A stretch of 64,000 nt of DNA, from the IMG/VR virus record IMGVR_UViG_3300009593_000015, positions 1 to 64,000 of that record; one strand, given 5' to 3'. The DNA is from a virus. A model generated the notes under the pieces. It saw only the letters and a list, made by a program, of their open reading frames with translations. It was not told the DNA's origin and ran no database searches. This document shows, one piece after another, positions 26,660 through 37,204 of this stretch. The stretch's first letter is position 1; every line of letters begins with the position of its first letter. A program made the position numbers and the translations under genes.

Positions 26660-29600
26660 ATGTCAGATATAGAACAAGTTTACAAATTAGAAATTAGAGA
26701 CACTGATCAAGATAGTATAACTTTTACCCCAAGAATTTTTGGAGAAGTTGGTAAAGATATAGTCGCTATTAAGTTATCGTTAGGTACTCTTGTTGATATT
26801 GCTGGGGTCATCAGTCAGGGCCCCAACGCGTCTTCAGATCGCACTCAACCCTTGGACCCAAATGGGTGGTTTGATTGTACAACTGGGCAGCAAGTGTCAA
26901 TTGAGCAGGCTGCAACTTTTGATTCTAAGATGCAAACTGCATTAACTAATTTTCAATTGAAAAATCAGTTCTTAATTATCTCTTACCTGTTCAGTAAATA
27001 TGCGGTACCTGGGATTGTAAATTCAGTAGGAGAGAATTATAATTCTAATTCAGAGCAGGATCAGGCGAGATACTTGGCAACGGCGTTATCCCAGCTTGAG
27101 TCGGTCGATCTATTATTTGAATCTGAAATAGGAAATTTGGGAGAAGCCACAATTGCAGTTATGCACGGTTGGGTACCGCATACTAGCGCCGCCAATACAA
27201 ATTATTACCACACAGGAGCGCTGCTGGATAGCCTCAATACCGACGCATCAACGATTGTTGATATTGTTCCTTATGAAATTCTTCGTCTCCTTGCAGAAGG
27301 TCACATGGGTCAAACCATTGAGGACTTGCAAAACGCCGGCCTCATAAGGGAGTTCTCACACGAACCTCTATCGTATTCAAGTCGGTACCTTGAGGATTAT
27401 CTTAAATCTGTCCCTGAGGCATCAAGGTGGCTCGGTTCTGATGGTATACCAAACTTCGAATATGGTTATGTAATATATAACACAATCAACGATCAGGAGA
27501 ATAGTAGCCTTTATAATTCAACCATAATAACAATAAAAAACTACAAAGGAAAAAGTCTTGACGAAAGAGTCGTGTCGCAAGAGGAGAAATTAGGGAGACT
27601 AAGAAGGGTTTTTTACCCAGATCCATTTTCAACGGAAGATCCATTTTATATAAGCCAGAATATAACTGGGCTCTATTTCGAAACAGATTTCATATTAGAT
27701 TCCCAAGGTCCATTGCCAACAATGGAGGAAGAGGTGATAAAACAAATAGAGGAATCCGCTTTAGATCACATGTTAACTTTGACAAATAAGCCTCGTTTGT
27801 GGTTTTTGTCCACTGGTGATGATTCAACAATGAAGATATGGTTTGGAGAAGACGAAAAAATCATGCCATCACATAACGGGCAGTTTCCTGAATTTTCCAA
27901 CCGGAGCTCCGACCAGATAAAAAGACAAATTCCTAAATTTTCAGAAATATGGGAAAAAATAGAAGACATAAAAAAAGATTTAAACCTACTTCCAGAGACA
28001 GCTTTCGGTGCTGCTAATGACTACATCCAAGCACGACGAGAAGTGCTTTTAAATAATTTAGAATCTCTAGAAAACGATTTCGCACAAGAGCCGACACTAG
28101 AAGAAAAAAAACAAAGCTTTATTGTTTTAGGTACACAGGAATCAATTTTTGAAAATACCTCACCTGAATCAGAAGGTCTAGACCCTCCAATTGCTGCGAA
28201 CTGGAGAATTCTCGAAGGCTTCGGATCAGAACCACCTCTTGTAAGATTCATAGAATACAAGACGCCAACTTTACGTCCAGGTCAAAGATACCGAGCTATG
28301 TTAGAATTCAGCACTCGAAAATTAGATTCTATTGTTTCGGGGGTATTGCCAGTAGCAGAACAGCCAGAAGAACCAGGCCCGCCCGATGCAGATGGTGAAG
28401 ACCTTTGTATTACGGGCAACACAGACGAAACCCTGAGAACTCTAGAAGAATATAGAGTCCACGCTAGAAAAAAGAGAAGAGAAGTAGTAAGACAACTTAG
28501 GGAAGAATTCAAACAAGAGCCAGCTCTCCGAGGGTCTAACAACATTACTCGTGGGCAAATTGGTCCCTTCGATTTAAACCGAGCCCTAAACCAATTAATG
28601 GGATTTGACATTAATGGAGCATCAGACTATGAATATACGAAAGGGGTATTATCTCGACTCGGCGACGTCGGCGCAGCGGCCATGGAAAAACTAGGCATGC
28701 TCGATACCGATATAGATTATTTTAACAGTATTGCAAATGATACGAACAAAGAATTAGCGAAAAAAGATGCTAAAGGAAAGCCTCAAAAAAACGTAATAAG
28801 AATAACCCTAGAAGAATTAGAAGAAAGAACTAACACAATAGTAAAAGATTTACAGGAGTCTAGTGAGATCGTTTCATCGGAAGGTATTGCTTTTAAAAAG
28901 GGTAGTTCGTTCAACGCATCAAAAGAATCTGGATTAGTAAAACAGTTTTACACGCAGATGAAGGACCTAGTTCTCAACGCTGCAGCTGAGCGTTATGGTG
29001 CCGGCGTCGCGCACGCCATGTCTGTGAACCCTGATAAAGCGCTCGTGATGTTAGAGTTCCAAACGACCACTTCTAAGGGTCCAAATCCGCACATGGGCCC
29101 TGATTTTGGAAAGAAAATTATATCCTTTGGAATTGCACTACCGGAAAAATTTAAAATAAAAGGAAAACTATGGCCCTACGCATATAGACCATCGGACAAG
29201 GTCCCCGGTGGAGCAATTATGCCAAATTTTCTCAAAAAAGGATCCGCAACACCAGAAAAAATAAAGCTTTATCGTGGTAAAATTAAAAACTCAAAATCAC
29301 TCGGGCGCGCCCGAACAGTTAATTATATTAGTAATATATACGAAATGACAGGCCTGTTAACAGATAAGCCAAATGAGATAATATCAGTTTTTGATGATGG
29401 CAGGGGAAGTTGTAAAGATTTGGGGATTAATTTAGATAAAAAATTAGCCTCTTCTTATGTGGCTAACTTCACAACAGGAGTGCAAGTTGAACACCCACCT
29501 GGCGCCCCAAGTGGTTTTTCTTGGAAAAAGTTTGGAAAAGACAATTTTGTAGATCCTGCTAAAGACTGGGCAAAGACCAGCGCCAAAAACTGGGAAAATT

Positions 29601-32600
29601 CTTGGAATGATACATTCGATGAACAAGAGGCTCTACAGATGCTTGGAGATATGTGTACTTTAGAAGATTTGTATAGAGAATTTTTCGATAAACTTGACTT
29701 AGTGTCGCTTCTTTGTGACTGGCTGAAATGTATCAGGTTACCTAATTTTAATTTAAAGCTTCCTAGTTTTTACCTACCTCCACTTCCAAGTATTCCAATA
29801 CTGGGTTTGTATGGTGCCATGATTAAATTTTTTATGGAAAATTTAAAACAAATATTGATTAGAATAATCTGTACATTTGTCAGGACGATCATTGATAAGC
29901 TTGCTATACCATTTTGTGAGGAACAGCTGCGAGAATTCATGGCTGCCGGCTCGCTTAGTGGGTCTCCAATAATGGATGAGGCTCTAGCTGAAGCGCTCTT
30001 GAATACTGGCGTGCCAAAAGAAAAAACAGAACAAGCAAAGACATTTTTTGATGACGTAGCTAGTATAACAACTGGGCAAGAATTGTGCCACCTTTTGACT
30101 GGAAAATCACTAGACGCCGCGACCATGAAAATGATACAAAGACTGTTGGAGAAAAACGACCTTCAAAATGATCTGGACACTCAAGAATCGCTGATGAATT
30201 ATTTTGACCTTCTCGGAACTTTCCTTCCAGATGGTTTGTGTGAGGAGTTGCAAAATTCAACATCACTGCCGGTACCCAAGGATTGTTTAGAAATATCCGG
30301 ATACCTGCACAGTATCAGAAATCGACTTCAAACTGGTGACGGCTCGCTAAGCGACGAAGAAATAGAAGAAGTGCTCCAAATGGCGAAGGAAGAGATGAAC
30401 AATCGAAAAGCCGACTTGGAGGCACTTTCTGGAAACAACATTGGAAGCTTGCTTCCTGAAACTTATGCTCCTGGTAACCCAGATGCTATCATCTCGTCTT
30501 ATCCTGACTTCTTAAAAGAGCGTATCGATCAAACTGCAAAAGACTCTTTTACTGCGGCAAGAATGGATTATATTAATGCAATGGATAGTTATATTCCATC
30601 CCTCTCTATTGCAGCACCAGCGACTCCGCGCGCCGGTACGGACCGCTATAATGATATTCAAAATTTAGAATTCGAAGCAGCAACAGCACAACTTGCTCTC
30701 TATAGTCAGGGAGTACACTCTAGTAGAGTATTCGCCCAAAGAAACACTTTATCAAAACTGGGCCTCCCACCAGAAACAACAGCAGAAGAATTAGAGGAAA
30801 TAAGAGACAAAGGTCTTATACTTCACGATTTGGCTAAATCTTTAAAATCTTGGATAACAAGAAGTCAAAACATCTCTTCTGCGTACTCGCGAGAAAACGG
30901 GGGCCCCTCTCTAGGGTATATACGCGGATCCTTGACCCGGTCTCATCGATCCAATTTTGTCCCGGCCATGGGCCCAGACTTTCATCAACATATAGAATTC
31001 TTGGACAAAATCTTGTTAACGAGTACTGACGGTACCCGTGATGGAAACACGATGTACACTCATGACGTCGGTAGTAGACAAGACCCAAACCCGTTCTTTG
31101 GAGATGAAAATGAAGAAATAAGAGAGAAGATAACTAATCTTGTAAATGCCTTAAGGGTACAATTCAATTCCGGCGCAGCCGCCGATCTGTACGGCGCGGG
31201 ATGGGGATCATCTGCCTTGGAATGGCTAGATTTCCGCTTTAACCTCCATAGCGGCGACGCCGCACTCTTTGCGCATCAAGGGTCGGGTATTCCCGACCCT
31301 CTCGGTCAACCAGGCGCTTGGTCTCAGTTAGGAATAGAACCTTTTGATCTTACCCTCGAACAGCTTTCTTTTATTTATGTTTTAACTACGCCCAAATCTG
31401 ATCCGACTTATTATTCTCAAGGCACCCGGACGGAACTTGGAAGGCACATGGAGAACACATTCGAAAACCTTTTTTATATTGAGAAAGGTTACGTGGGGGG
31501 TATTCTCGGCGAGTTCGATCCCTTCGACGAGCTTATAACTAGGTTCGCAGCCATTGAAACACTCAAAGTAGAGCTTGGTGAGAAATTATATTACGCAAAT
31601 TGGAAAAACGAACACACCGGTTCAAGATATTCTGACCGAAACTCCACCGCAGTGGTCGACCGAGAGCCCGGTTGGCTTGGTCAATTTAAATGGACTGACG
31701 ATGGTACCAATTGGTGGAACCCCTTCCTCGAAAACATGAGACAGTATAGGTCCATTAATCTAGAGGATACTATTGAAGTAATGAGAATGCTTTTGAAAGA
31801 GTATATAAGTAAAACAGGGTATTTTCCTGATGAAGTTGTGGACTTAGGGAAAGATATTTCATACGAAGACTTTCTCACTGAAATGCGCAATCAATGGGGT
31901 TCAACTTACTCTGCCAATTCCAATATCCTGGACCAATATTGCTGGGGCGCCGACGGTTTCTCGAAAAACACTCTTGCCGGCAAGCCGGATAAACTTTGGA
32001 CAAGCGCCTGGGCAGTTTATGACAAGTTTCGAGGTAGATATTTCGATGGCGACGACAGACGCGCCCGGAATAAAGCCGATAAGCTCTGGCTCTGGAATCC
32101 AAATATCGATAGTGAAGATGGAAACTACACGGAAGAGCAGTTCGTGGACAACTGGATCGGCGCCGCGCTGAAAACAGAAGAAATGGGTATTGAGTGGAAT
32201 CATGAGTTAAGGTCTCTTAAAGTCTTGGATGCTATAATACACCTCACTGATCCGATTCGAGATCCTTATTCTGCCGCAATACGATCTATGGATGAAATCG
32301 GCGGGGTGTCTTGGTATAATACTTTATTGCTTTTTTCTGTATTTGAGACAGAATCTGTACCTTTTGATGATGACCGTGATAAAACTCACAAAGTCTTTAA
32401 AAGAGCAAAATTACCAAACAGAAGAAGAGAAGACCAAAGAGAGGAATGGAACCCCTACAAACCTTTTGTAAGTTACTACAGAAGGATCCCTTCAGAAGGG
32501 ACAGTACACGATTATGTTCAAGGTGATAGATCCTTTCAGTATGTTTCTGTTGGTTCGTTAGATGTGCCGACGTTCATCCAAAAGGGGGCAGTATATGATA

Positions 32601-35600
32601 ATGTTTTTAATAAAATCATAGATACGGATCCCTACCCTATAGAAACTTCCTATGCGCCGTACAGAGTGTTTCACGAATCTTTCAATGACCCGCTTGATAA
32701 ATCTGAATACGCCATGATTGTACCAGCTTTTGTCTCAAGCGCTGAATTGACGTCAGACTTTATGGTGGAAAAGTTTATAACAGAGTTATCTACAACATCC
32801 GCCGCGCGCATCTCCGCTGCGTACGACGCGTCGATAACCACCGTTGGCGAAGTCGTGGATTTTTTCTCCGGTGGCCAGGTAAGAGACCAAATTAACAGGC
32901 GTAAACGCGCCGCGATACGTAGGAGCAACGCCCGGATCAGGAGTCAACAAGAGAATCTCAGAGATACTATAGAAGCTCAGCAAGCCTTTGCTGTCGTCGC
33001 AATTGATCAAACCGAGGCTTTCCTACGCGCCAAATACCTTCGAGATTATCCGAGTAATCACCCCGAACGACTGGCTAGGGATGGAAAATGGACTGGTTCG
33101 GATAACACATCAACGCATGCTGTGGAAATTTTTGAGAATCTACAGATAATCATCGAGAGGAATGCAACCTTGAATCCAGACGAGGATTACCTTGGAGATT
33201 TATTAATTAATGTCATGGGCGCCCTGAGTGACATCATTAGAAATGAACCACATAGGGCTTATGGGGCTCTTAGGACCATGGCCTCCGGAGAGGCCGGCCT
33301 TTACAAGGTTATGGACCCTGTAATTGACGAAGATGAAATGGTTCCGATATTTCCAATTAGTATGCAAGATGCATCCATAGAACCCACAAAATGGATGCAA
33401 CATTCATACAATACCTTAAGCGCAATGGCGCTTGCCGTTCACGGAGGGGTCCCAGACTTCTTTGAACACGAGGTCAATCAGCCACTCCGCGATGCAGAAA
33501 AAGAGGTTTTGACCAATGAAGAATTGATGGCCAGATTCGTAGATTGGAGATTGCAAGGAAAAACCGCGGCAAAAACAATAAGTCAAATATGCACCAGCCT
33601 CTCAAACAGTGTTAATAATCCAAATTTAATAAAATTCACCACAGATAGAGTGAAATACCTTTCAGATATTGTGACAAGGGGAATAGAATATCGTCCCAAC
33701 TTTGTAACAGAAAGACACCTTCTGATGTTGGACAAGGTTCTCAGAGATACACCTGTTTTCAGCGCAGATAGAAATAAGATCAATCTGGGAGTTCAATTTG
33801 GTCAATATCAACCTCAAGTTTCTATGGAGGAAATCCCTGCAGAAAAACAATTTGATAGGTATACTGTAACGGTAAAAAGTGATTTTCACTTGAGGATGTC
33901 AAACCAAAACATTCAACCAAAAAGTTTTCAAATGTGTGAGTTTCTCCCGCCAAGCCTTATAAATAATAATGGAACAGATAGAGGAGAAGGTCGCGAGCAT
34001 CCCTGGGATCCTTCTTCTGTAAGATATTTTTCGAAAAGAGAAGCCTTCTCTGAATTGGGCGCTGCAGCCCTGCGCTCAGCTGGAGTAAATGGCAATATCA
34101 GCCATATAAAAGATCTGCTATATGAGGATGCATACATAAATATTCGAGACTCTATTTTTTCTAGTTTCTCATCGATGATATCTGAATCTAAACTTTTCGA
34201 CCTAGAATATGCACAAAACATAGACGCACGACTCTCCGCGGATCCGATATATCAAGAAGAGTGTGTCAAGAACAGGTATGGTCTAGTTGAGTCAGCTGTG
34301 CTTTCATATAATAAGACAATCATTAATACTGCCTATGACGAAATAATGAAAGAGATGTCCGATCCTAAAAACTCACCTTTTAACAGGGATTTCGACGACC
34401 CACATCCACTAGAACTAGCCCTCCAATCAATATCTTTAAAAGCTTTCGTTAGAATTTGTCTTATAGACACTCTTTTCAAAGGAGGTTTAGCCTATTCAAT
34501 ATGGGACATAGAACCGATAGTTTCAGAACAAATATTCAAAGATTATGTTTATGAACACGTTTTTAGAGAACTTACATCGTCACGATTCTTCGCATCAAAG
34601 TGGAAGCAAATAATTGAAAGAACGGTTGGAATAACAAACCCAACAGCCGCGCTGAAAAAACTATTAGAATTGGAAATGGTTAAACTTCCAGACTATTCCA
34701 AGCAGGTTTTCAACTTTTCCGCAGAAGATAAAGAAAAAGATTATTACAATTGGATAACATCTCATTCAGAAACTATACCGTTTAAAAAATTATATTTTAC
34801 AGCCAACATTAATTATGATAATACTTCATGGCGAATTGCCAACCTTCCGGAAAGTAATACGGCCCGGGCATTTGCCGAAAGCTTAGGCGAAGACGTTGAC
34901 TTTATGAGCATACATCTATCGGAGCTACCTCCTGGTGACGGTCTCATCGTAGAAAATTATATACGACTTTCTGGTGAAATCGTAGAAAAAGCCAATGACA
35001 TTTGGAAAAAGATGTTTTCTCAAATAGGAGATGACCCCGGAGCGCGCCACCAGATATACGAAGTCTGCAAGGAGCGCCGCACCCGCGAAGGCGGCAGAAC
35101 TGGTACCAGTCACGTCGATCCCCAATTCGCGAATGATAGGGGCCTGTTACCAACAGGCGCCTTGTTAGATTGGTGCAACGACACCCACTTGCGGTCCGTC
35201 GGCTTCGGGCCCGCTAATCTCTCCACCCGGGTTGATGTGCCAGAAACTTACCAAATAAGAGAAGGTGACTCTTTAGTGGTGTCTCCTTATGATTTTGATA
35301 TGTATTTGGCTTTCTTATGTTATTGTTTGACTAGGCCCGAATTTGAAAATTTGATAAATAATTCAACTATTCACCATGGCTCAAGAATTTCGGTAACAAC
35401 AAGGAATCAGCAAATAGTAGATCAGTTAACTCTGGCTCCAGACATTAGAAGAAAAAGTTTTTTGGAGAAATCTTTTCTTTTTGTCGTGCGATCCAGCGGA
35501 GCCGACGATGAAGATCGCGCCATTGAACTACCAGAATGGCAAATTGCCAAGCTACCTTTGGCAAATTATGAACACGAGCTAAGATTAGAAGATTGTGGAT

Positions 35601-36622
35601 ATCCATCTGGAAACTTATTTGCTGATGAACAAATATTATCCATTGAATTTCAAAGCACAAACAGTCAGAGACCAATACACACCGACTACGTAACGAATGC
35701 GTTTTTCGACTCTCAATCATATAAAAATGTCACTGAACATATTTTTCCGCTAAGACGATTCCTTGCTATAAACTCTATTTTCGCAACTAGTATCATATCT
35801 GGATACAATGGTATGCCTACTTTATTTGATTCGGTAAAAACATCCATTGCGTTTGTCGCAGAAGTGGCCTCGACACCATCATCACAGCAGACAAATTTGA
35901 TTCAAGTCACGCCGGAACAGTTTATGTCCACGGTTCAAAAAAATTGGCCATCCCATCCACACTCTGCCGATTGTTTTGACTTCCCGCTACCTGGGGGTGA
36001 ATTTTTTAAGAAATTTATTGAAGATTTGTGGAAACTTATAAAGCAGTTGCCATCAATCCTGTTCAGGGGTGTGGCAAATCAACTTGATCCAGCGTATAAA
36101 GAGATGAGACAACATTATCTAAATTGTGACATTAAAAATTTAGATTGGGATGGCATAAGAATATTGTCAATGGATGCCACAAAGAACCAGGGCTTAGTAA
36201 ATGGATTATATTTTCCAGATGGAAACATAGAAGCTAACAAAGGGAAAGGCAAAGCTTCTTATGTACCGATTGTACCTTCGATTGTGTTGGACTATCAAGC
36301 ATCGCTTGCCCATCTGATGATAGGGGAGGCCGAACCATTAGGTAGAACTGTTGCAAGGACTATAACTTATGCTTTTAATGGAATGGCCCCGTTCTTCGAC
36401 CTCTCGATGGCCTTTCAAGTCCCTTGTGCTGGTATAAATGAAGACTGGTGGAACGATGCTAAATTTGATATTGGAAAATGGGGCCGTTACGGACACCCGC
36501 TAAGTCCATTCACCATCATGGCGCTAAGTACTCCTCAATTAGAGTCTGACAAAAAGTTAAAGAGACCAAATTGTGTCCAGGGCCGCGAAAATCTGGCTAA
36601 ACTAGATGAATGTGATGAATAA
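26660..36622 (+). CDS. Giant (3320 aa) probable virion protein with a degenerate N-terminal PG-binding-like domain
   Basis: Single uninterrupted ORF. GEVGKDIVAIKLSLG...FDSKMQTALTNFQ...GNLGEATI resembles PG_binding_1. Located between the spike-like gene and gp25. Confidence 0.7.
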   Translation: MSDIEQVYKLEIRDTDQDSITFTPRIFGEVGKDIVAIKLSLGTLVDIAGVISQGPNASSDRTQPLDPNGWFDCTTGQQVSIEQAATFDSKMQTALTNFQLKNQFLIISYLFSKYAVPGIVNSVGENYNSNSEQDQARYLATALSQLESVDLLFESEIGNLGEATIAVMHGWVPHTSAANTNYYHTGALLDSLNTDASTIVDIVPYEILRLLAEGHMGQTIEDLQNAGLIREFSHEPLSYSSRYLEDYLKSVPEASRWLGSDGIPNFEYGYVIYNTINDQENSSLYNSTIITIKNYKGKSLDERVVSQEEKLGRLRRVFYPDPFSTEDPFYISQNITGLYFETDFILDSQGPLPTMEEEVIKQIEESALDHMLTLTNKPRLWFLSTGDDSTMKIWFGEDEKIMPSHNGQFPEFSNRSSDQIKRQIPKFSEIWEKIEDIKKDLNLLPETAFGAANDYIQARREVLLNNLESLENDFAQEPTLEEKKQSFIVLGTQESIFENTSPESEGLDPPIAANWRILEGFGSEPPLVRFIEYKTPTLRPGQRYRAMLEFSTRKLDSIVSGVLPVAEQPEEPGPPDADGEDLCITGNTDETLRTLEEYRVHARKKRREVVRQLREEFKQEPALRGSNNITRGQIGPFDLNRALNQLMGFDINGASDYEYTKGVLSRLGDVGAAAMEKLGMLDTDIDYFNSIANDTNKELAKKDAKGKPQKNVIRITLEELEERTNTIVKDLQESSEIVSSEGIAFKKGSSFNASKESGLVKQFYTQMKDLVLNAAAERYGAGVAHAMSVNPDKALVMLEFQTTTSKGPNPHMGPDFGKKIISFGIALPEKFKIKGKLWPYAYRPSDKVPGGAIMPNFLKKGSATPEKIKLYRGKIKNSKSLGRARTVNYISNIYEMTGLLTDKPNEIISVFDDGRGSCKDLGINLDKKLASSYVANFTTGVQVEHPPGAPSGFSWKKFGKDNFVDPAKDWAKTSAKNWENSWNDTFDEQEALQMLGDMCTLEDLYREFFDKLDLVSLLCDWLKCIRLPNFNLKLPSFYLPPLPSIPILGLYGAMIKFFMENLKQILIRIICTFVRTIIDKLAIPFCEEQLREFMAAGSLSGSPIMDEALAEALLNTGVPKEKTEQAKTFFDDVASITTGQELCHLLTGKSLDAATMKMIQRLLEKNDLQNDLDTQESLMNYFDLLGTFLPDGLCEELQNSTSLPVPKDCLEISGYLHSIRNRLQTGDGSLSDEEIEEVLQMAKEEMNNRKADLEALSGNNIGSLLPETYAPGNPDAIISSYPDFLKERIDQTAKDSFTAARMDYINAMDSYIPSLSIAAPATPRAGTDRYNDIQNLEFEAATAQLALYSQGVHSSRVFAQRNTLSKLGLPPETTAEELEEIRDKGLILHDLAKSLKSWITRSQNISSAYSRENGGPSLGYIRGSLTRSHRSNFVPAMGPDFHQHIEFLDKILLTSTDGTRDGNTMYTHDVGSRQDPNPFFGDENEEIREKITNLVNALRVQFNSGAAADLYGAGWGSSALEWLDFRFNLHSGDAALFAHQGSGIPDPLGQPGAWSQLGIEPFDLTLEQLSFIYVLTTPKSDPTYYSQGTRTELGRHMENTFENLFYIEKGYVGGILGEFDPFDELITRFAAIETLKVELGEKLYYANWKNEHTGSRYSDRNSTAVVDREPGWLGQFKWTDDGTNWWNPFLENMRQYRSINLEDTIEVMRMLLKEYISKTGYFPDEVVDLGKDISYEDFLTEMRNQWGSTYSANSNILDQYCWGADGFSKNTLAGKPDKLWTSAWAVYDKFRGRYFDGDDRRARNKADKLWLWNPNIDSEDGNYTEEQFVDNWIGAALKTEEMGIEWNHELRSLKVLDAIIHLTDPIRDPYSAAIRSMDEIGGVSWYNTLLLFSVFETESVPFDDDRDKTHKVFKRAKLPNRRREDQREEWNPYKPFVSYYRRIPSEGTVHDYVQGDRSFQYVSVGSLDVPTFIQKGAVYDNVFNKIIDTDPYPIETSYAPYRVFHESFNDPLDKSEYAMIVPAFVSSAELTSDFMVEKFITELSTTSAARISAAYDASITTVGEVVDFFSGGQVRDQINRRKRAAIRRSNARIRSQQENLRDTIEAQQAFAVVAIDQTEAFLRAKYLRDYPSNHPERLARDGKWTGSDNTSTHAVEIFENLQIIIERNATLNPDEDYLGDLLINVMGALSDIIRNEPHRAYGALRTMASGEAGLYKVMDPVIDEDEMVPIFPISMQDASIEPTKWMQHSYNTLSAMALAVHGGVPDFFEHEVNQPLRDAEKEVLTNEELMARFVDWRLQGKTAAKTISQICTSLSNSVNNPNLIKFTTDRVKYLSDIVTRGIEYRPNFVTERHLLMLDKVLRDTPVFSADRNKINLGVQFGQYQPQVSMEEIPAEKQFDRYTVTVKSDFHLRMSNQNIQPKSFQMCEFLPPSLINNNGTDRGEGREHPWDPSSVRYFSKREAFSELGAAALRSAGVNGNISHIKDLLYEDAYINIRDSIFSSFSSMISESKLFDLEYAQNIDARLSADPIYQEECVKNRYGLVESAVLSYNKTIINTAYDEIMKEMSDPKNSPFNRDFDDPHPLELALQSISLKAFVRICLIDTLFKGGLAYSIWDIEPIVSEQIFKDYVYEHVFRELTSSRFFASKWKQIIERTVGITNPTAALKKLLELEMVKLPDYSKQVFNFSAEDKEKDYYNWITSHSETIPFKKLYFTANINYDNTSWRIANLPESNTARAFAESLGEDVDFMSIHLSELPPGDGLIVENYIRLSGEIVEKANDIWKKMFSQIGDDPGARHQIYEVCKERRTREGGRTGTSHVDPQFANDRGLLPTGALLDWCNDTHLRSVGFGPANLSTRVDVPETYQIREGDSLVVSPYDFDMYLAFLCYCLTRPEFENLINNSTIHHGSRISVTTRNQQIVDQLTLAPDIRRKSFLEKSFLFVVRSSGADDEDRAIELPEWQIAKLPLANYEHELRLEDCGYPSGNLFADEQILSIEFQSTNSQRPIHTDYVTNAFFDSQSYKNVTEHIFPLRRFLAINSIFATSIISGYNGMPTLFDSVKTSIAFVAEVASTPSSQQTNLIQVTPEQFMSTVQKNWPSHPHSADCFDFPLPGGEFFKKFIEDLWKLIKQLPSILFRGVANQLDPAYKEMRQHYLNCDIKNLDWDGIRILSMDATKNQGLVNGLYFPDGNIEANKGKGKASYVPIVPSIVLDYQASLAHLMIGEAEPLGRTVARTITYAFNGMAPFFDLSMAFQVPCAGINEDWWNDAKFDIGKWGRYGHPLSPFTIMALSTPQLESDKKLKRPNCVQGRENLAKLDECDE

Positions 36623-36634
36623 TGCCAAAAACAC

Positions 36635-36642
36635 ACTATTTA
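36635..36642 (+). promoter_or_regulatory. Candidate late-promoter motif ACTATTTA
   Basis: Intergenic, upstream of the gp25-like gene. The same octamer occurs at 57092 and 62502. Confidence 0.55.
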
Positions 36643-36664
36643 TTTTAAAATATAGGAAAACAAG

Positions 36665-37192
36665 ATGTCAATTCTAAATGATATAATATCTTCAAAAGCG
36701 AAAGGAATCATAAAGACTCAGCAGCAGCCTAGCTTTCCGTTAAGGTATGATGCTAAATATGGTCCTTATACTCCAATTACTTCAATAGAAGAGTCATACA
36801 AAAAAGACTTTATAAACCTTCTCTTGACGAGCCCCGGTGAATGGCCGATGCAACCAGGCCTCGGAGTCGGACTAAAGCATTATCTGTTTGAGTTTAGGGG
36901 GTCCGAAAAGTTAAACAATTTAGCACCAGAGATAAAATACCAATTAAAAACAAATTTACCAGTAGTAGATTTGTTGGGATTAAAATTCGACTATAACGAT
37001 AATGATATTGATAAGAACAAAGTTAGAATAATTCTGGCATATACAATCTTGGAAACCTCAAGGCATGTAACTTCTTTTGGTCTTACACCCTCTTCAACTG
37101 TGGCGATCGAAGAAATAGAAAGTTCAAGAATTCAAGCTGCTGATTTATTTAATAGGAGGAATAGTATCATAAGCTCTGTAGACGAGCTGTGA
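36665..37192 (+). CDS. Baseplate wedge protein, gp25/GPW-like
   Basis: NLLLTSPGEWPMQPGLGVGLKHYLFE signature. Confidence 0.88.
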   Translation: MSILNDIISSKAKGIIKTQQQPSFPLRYDAKYGPYTPITSIEESYKKDFINLLLTSPGEWPMQPGLGVGLKHYLFEFRGSEKLNNLAPEIKYQLKTNLPVVDLLGLKFDYNDNDIDKNKVRIILAYTILETSRHVTSFGLTPSSTVAIEEIESSRIQAADLFNRRNSIISSVDEL

Positions 37193-37204
37193 GAATAATA
37201 AAAA

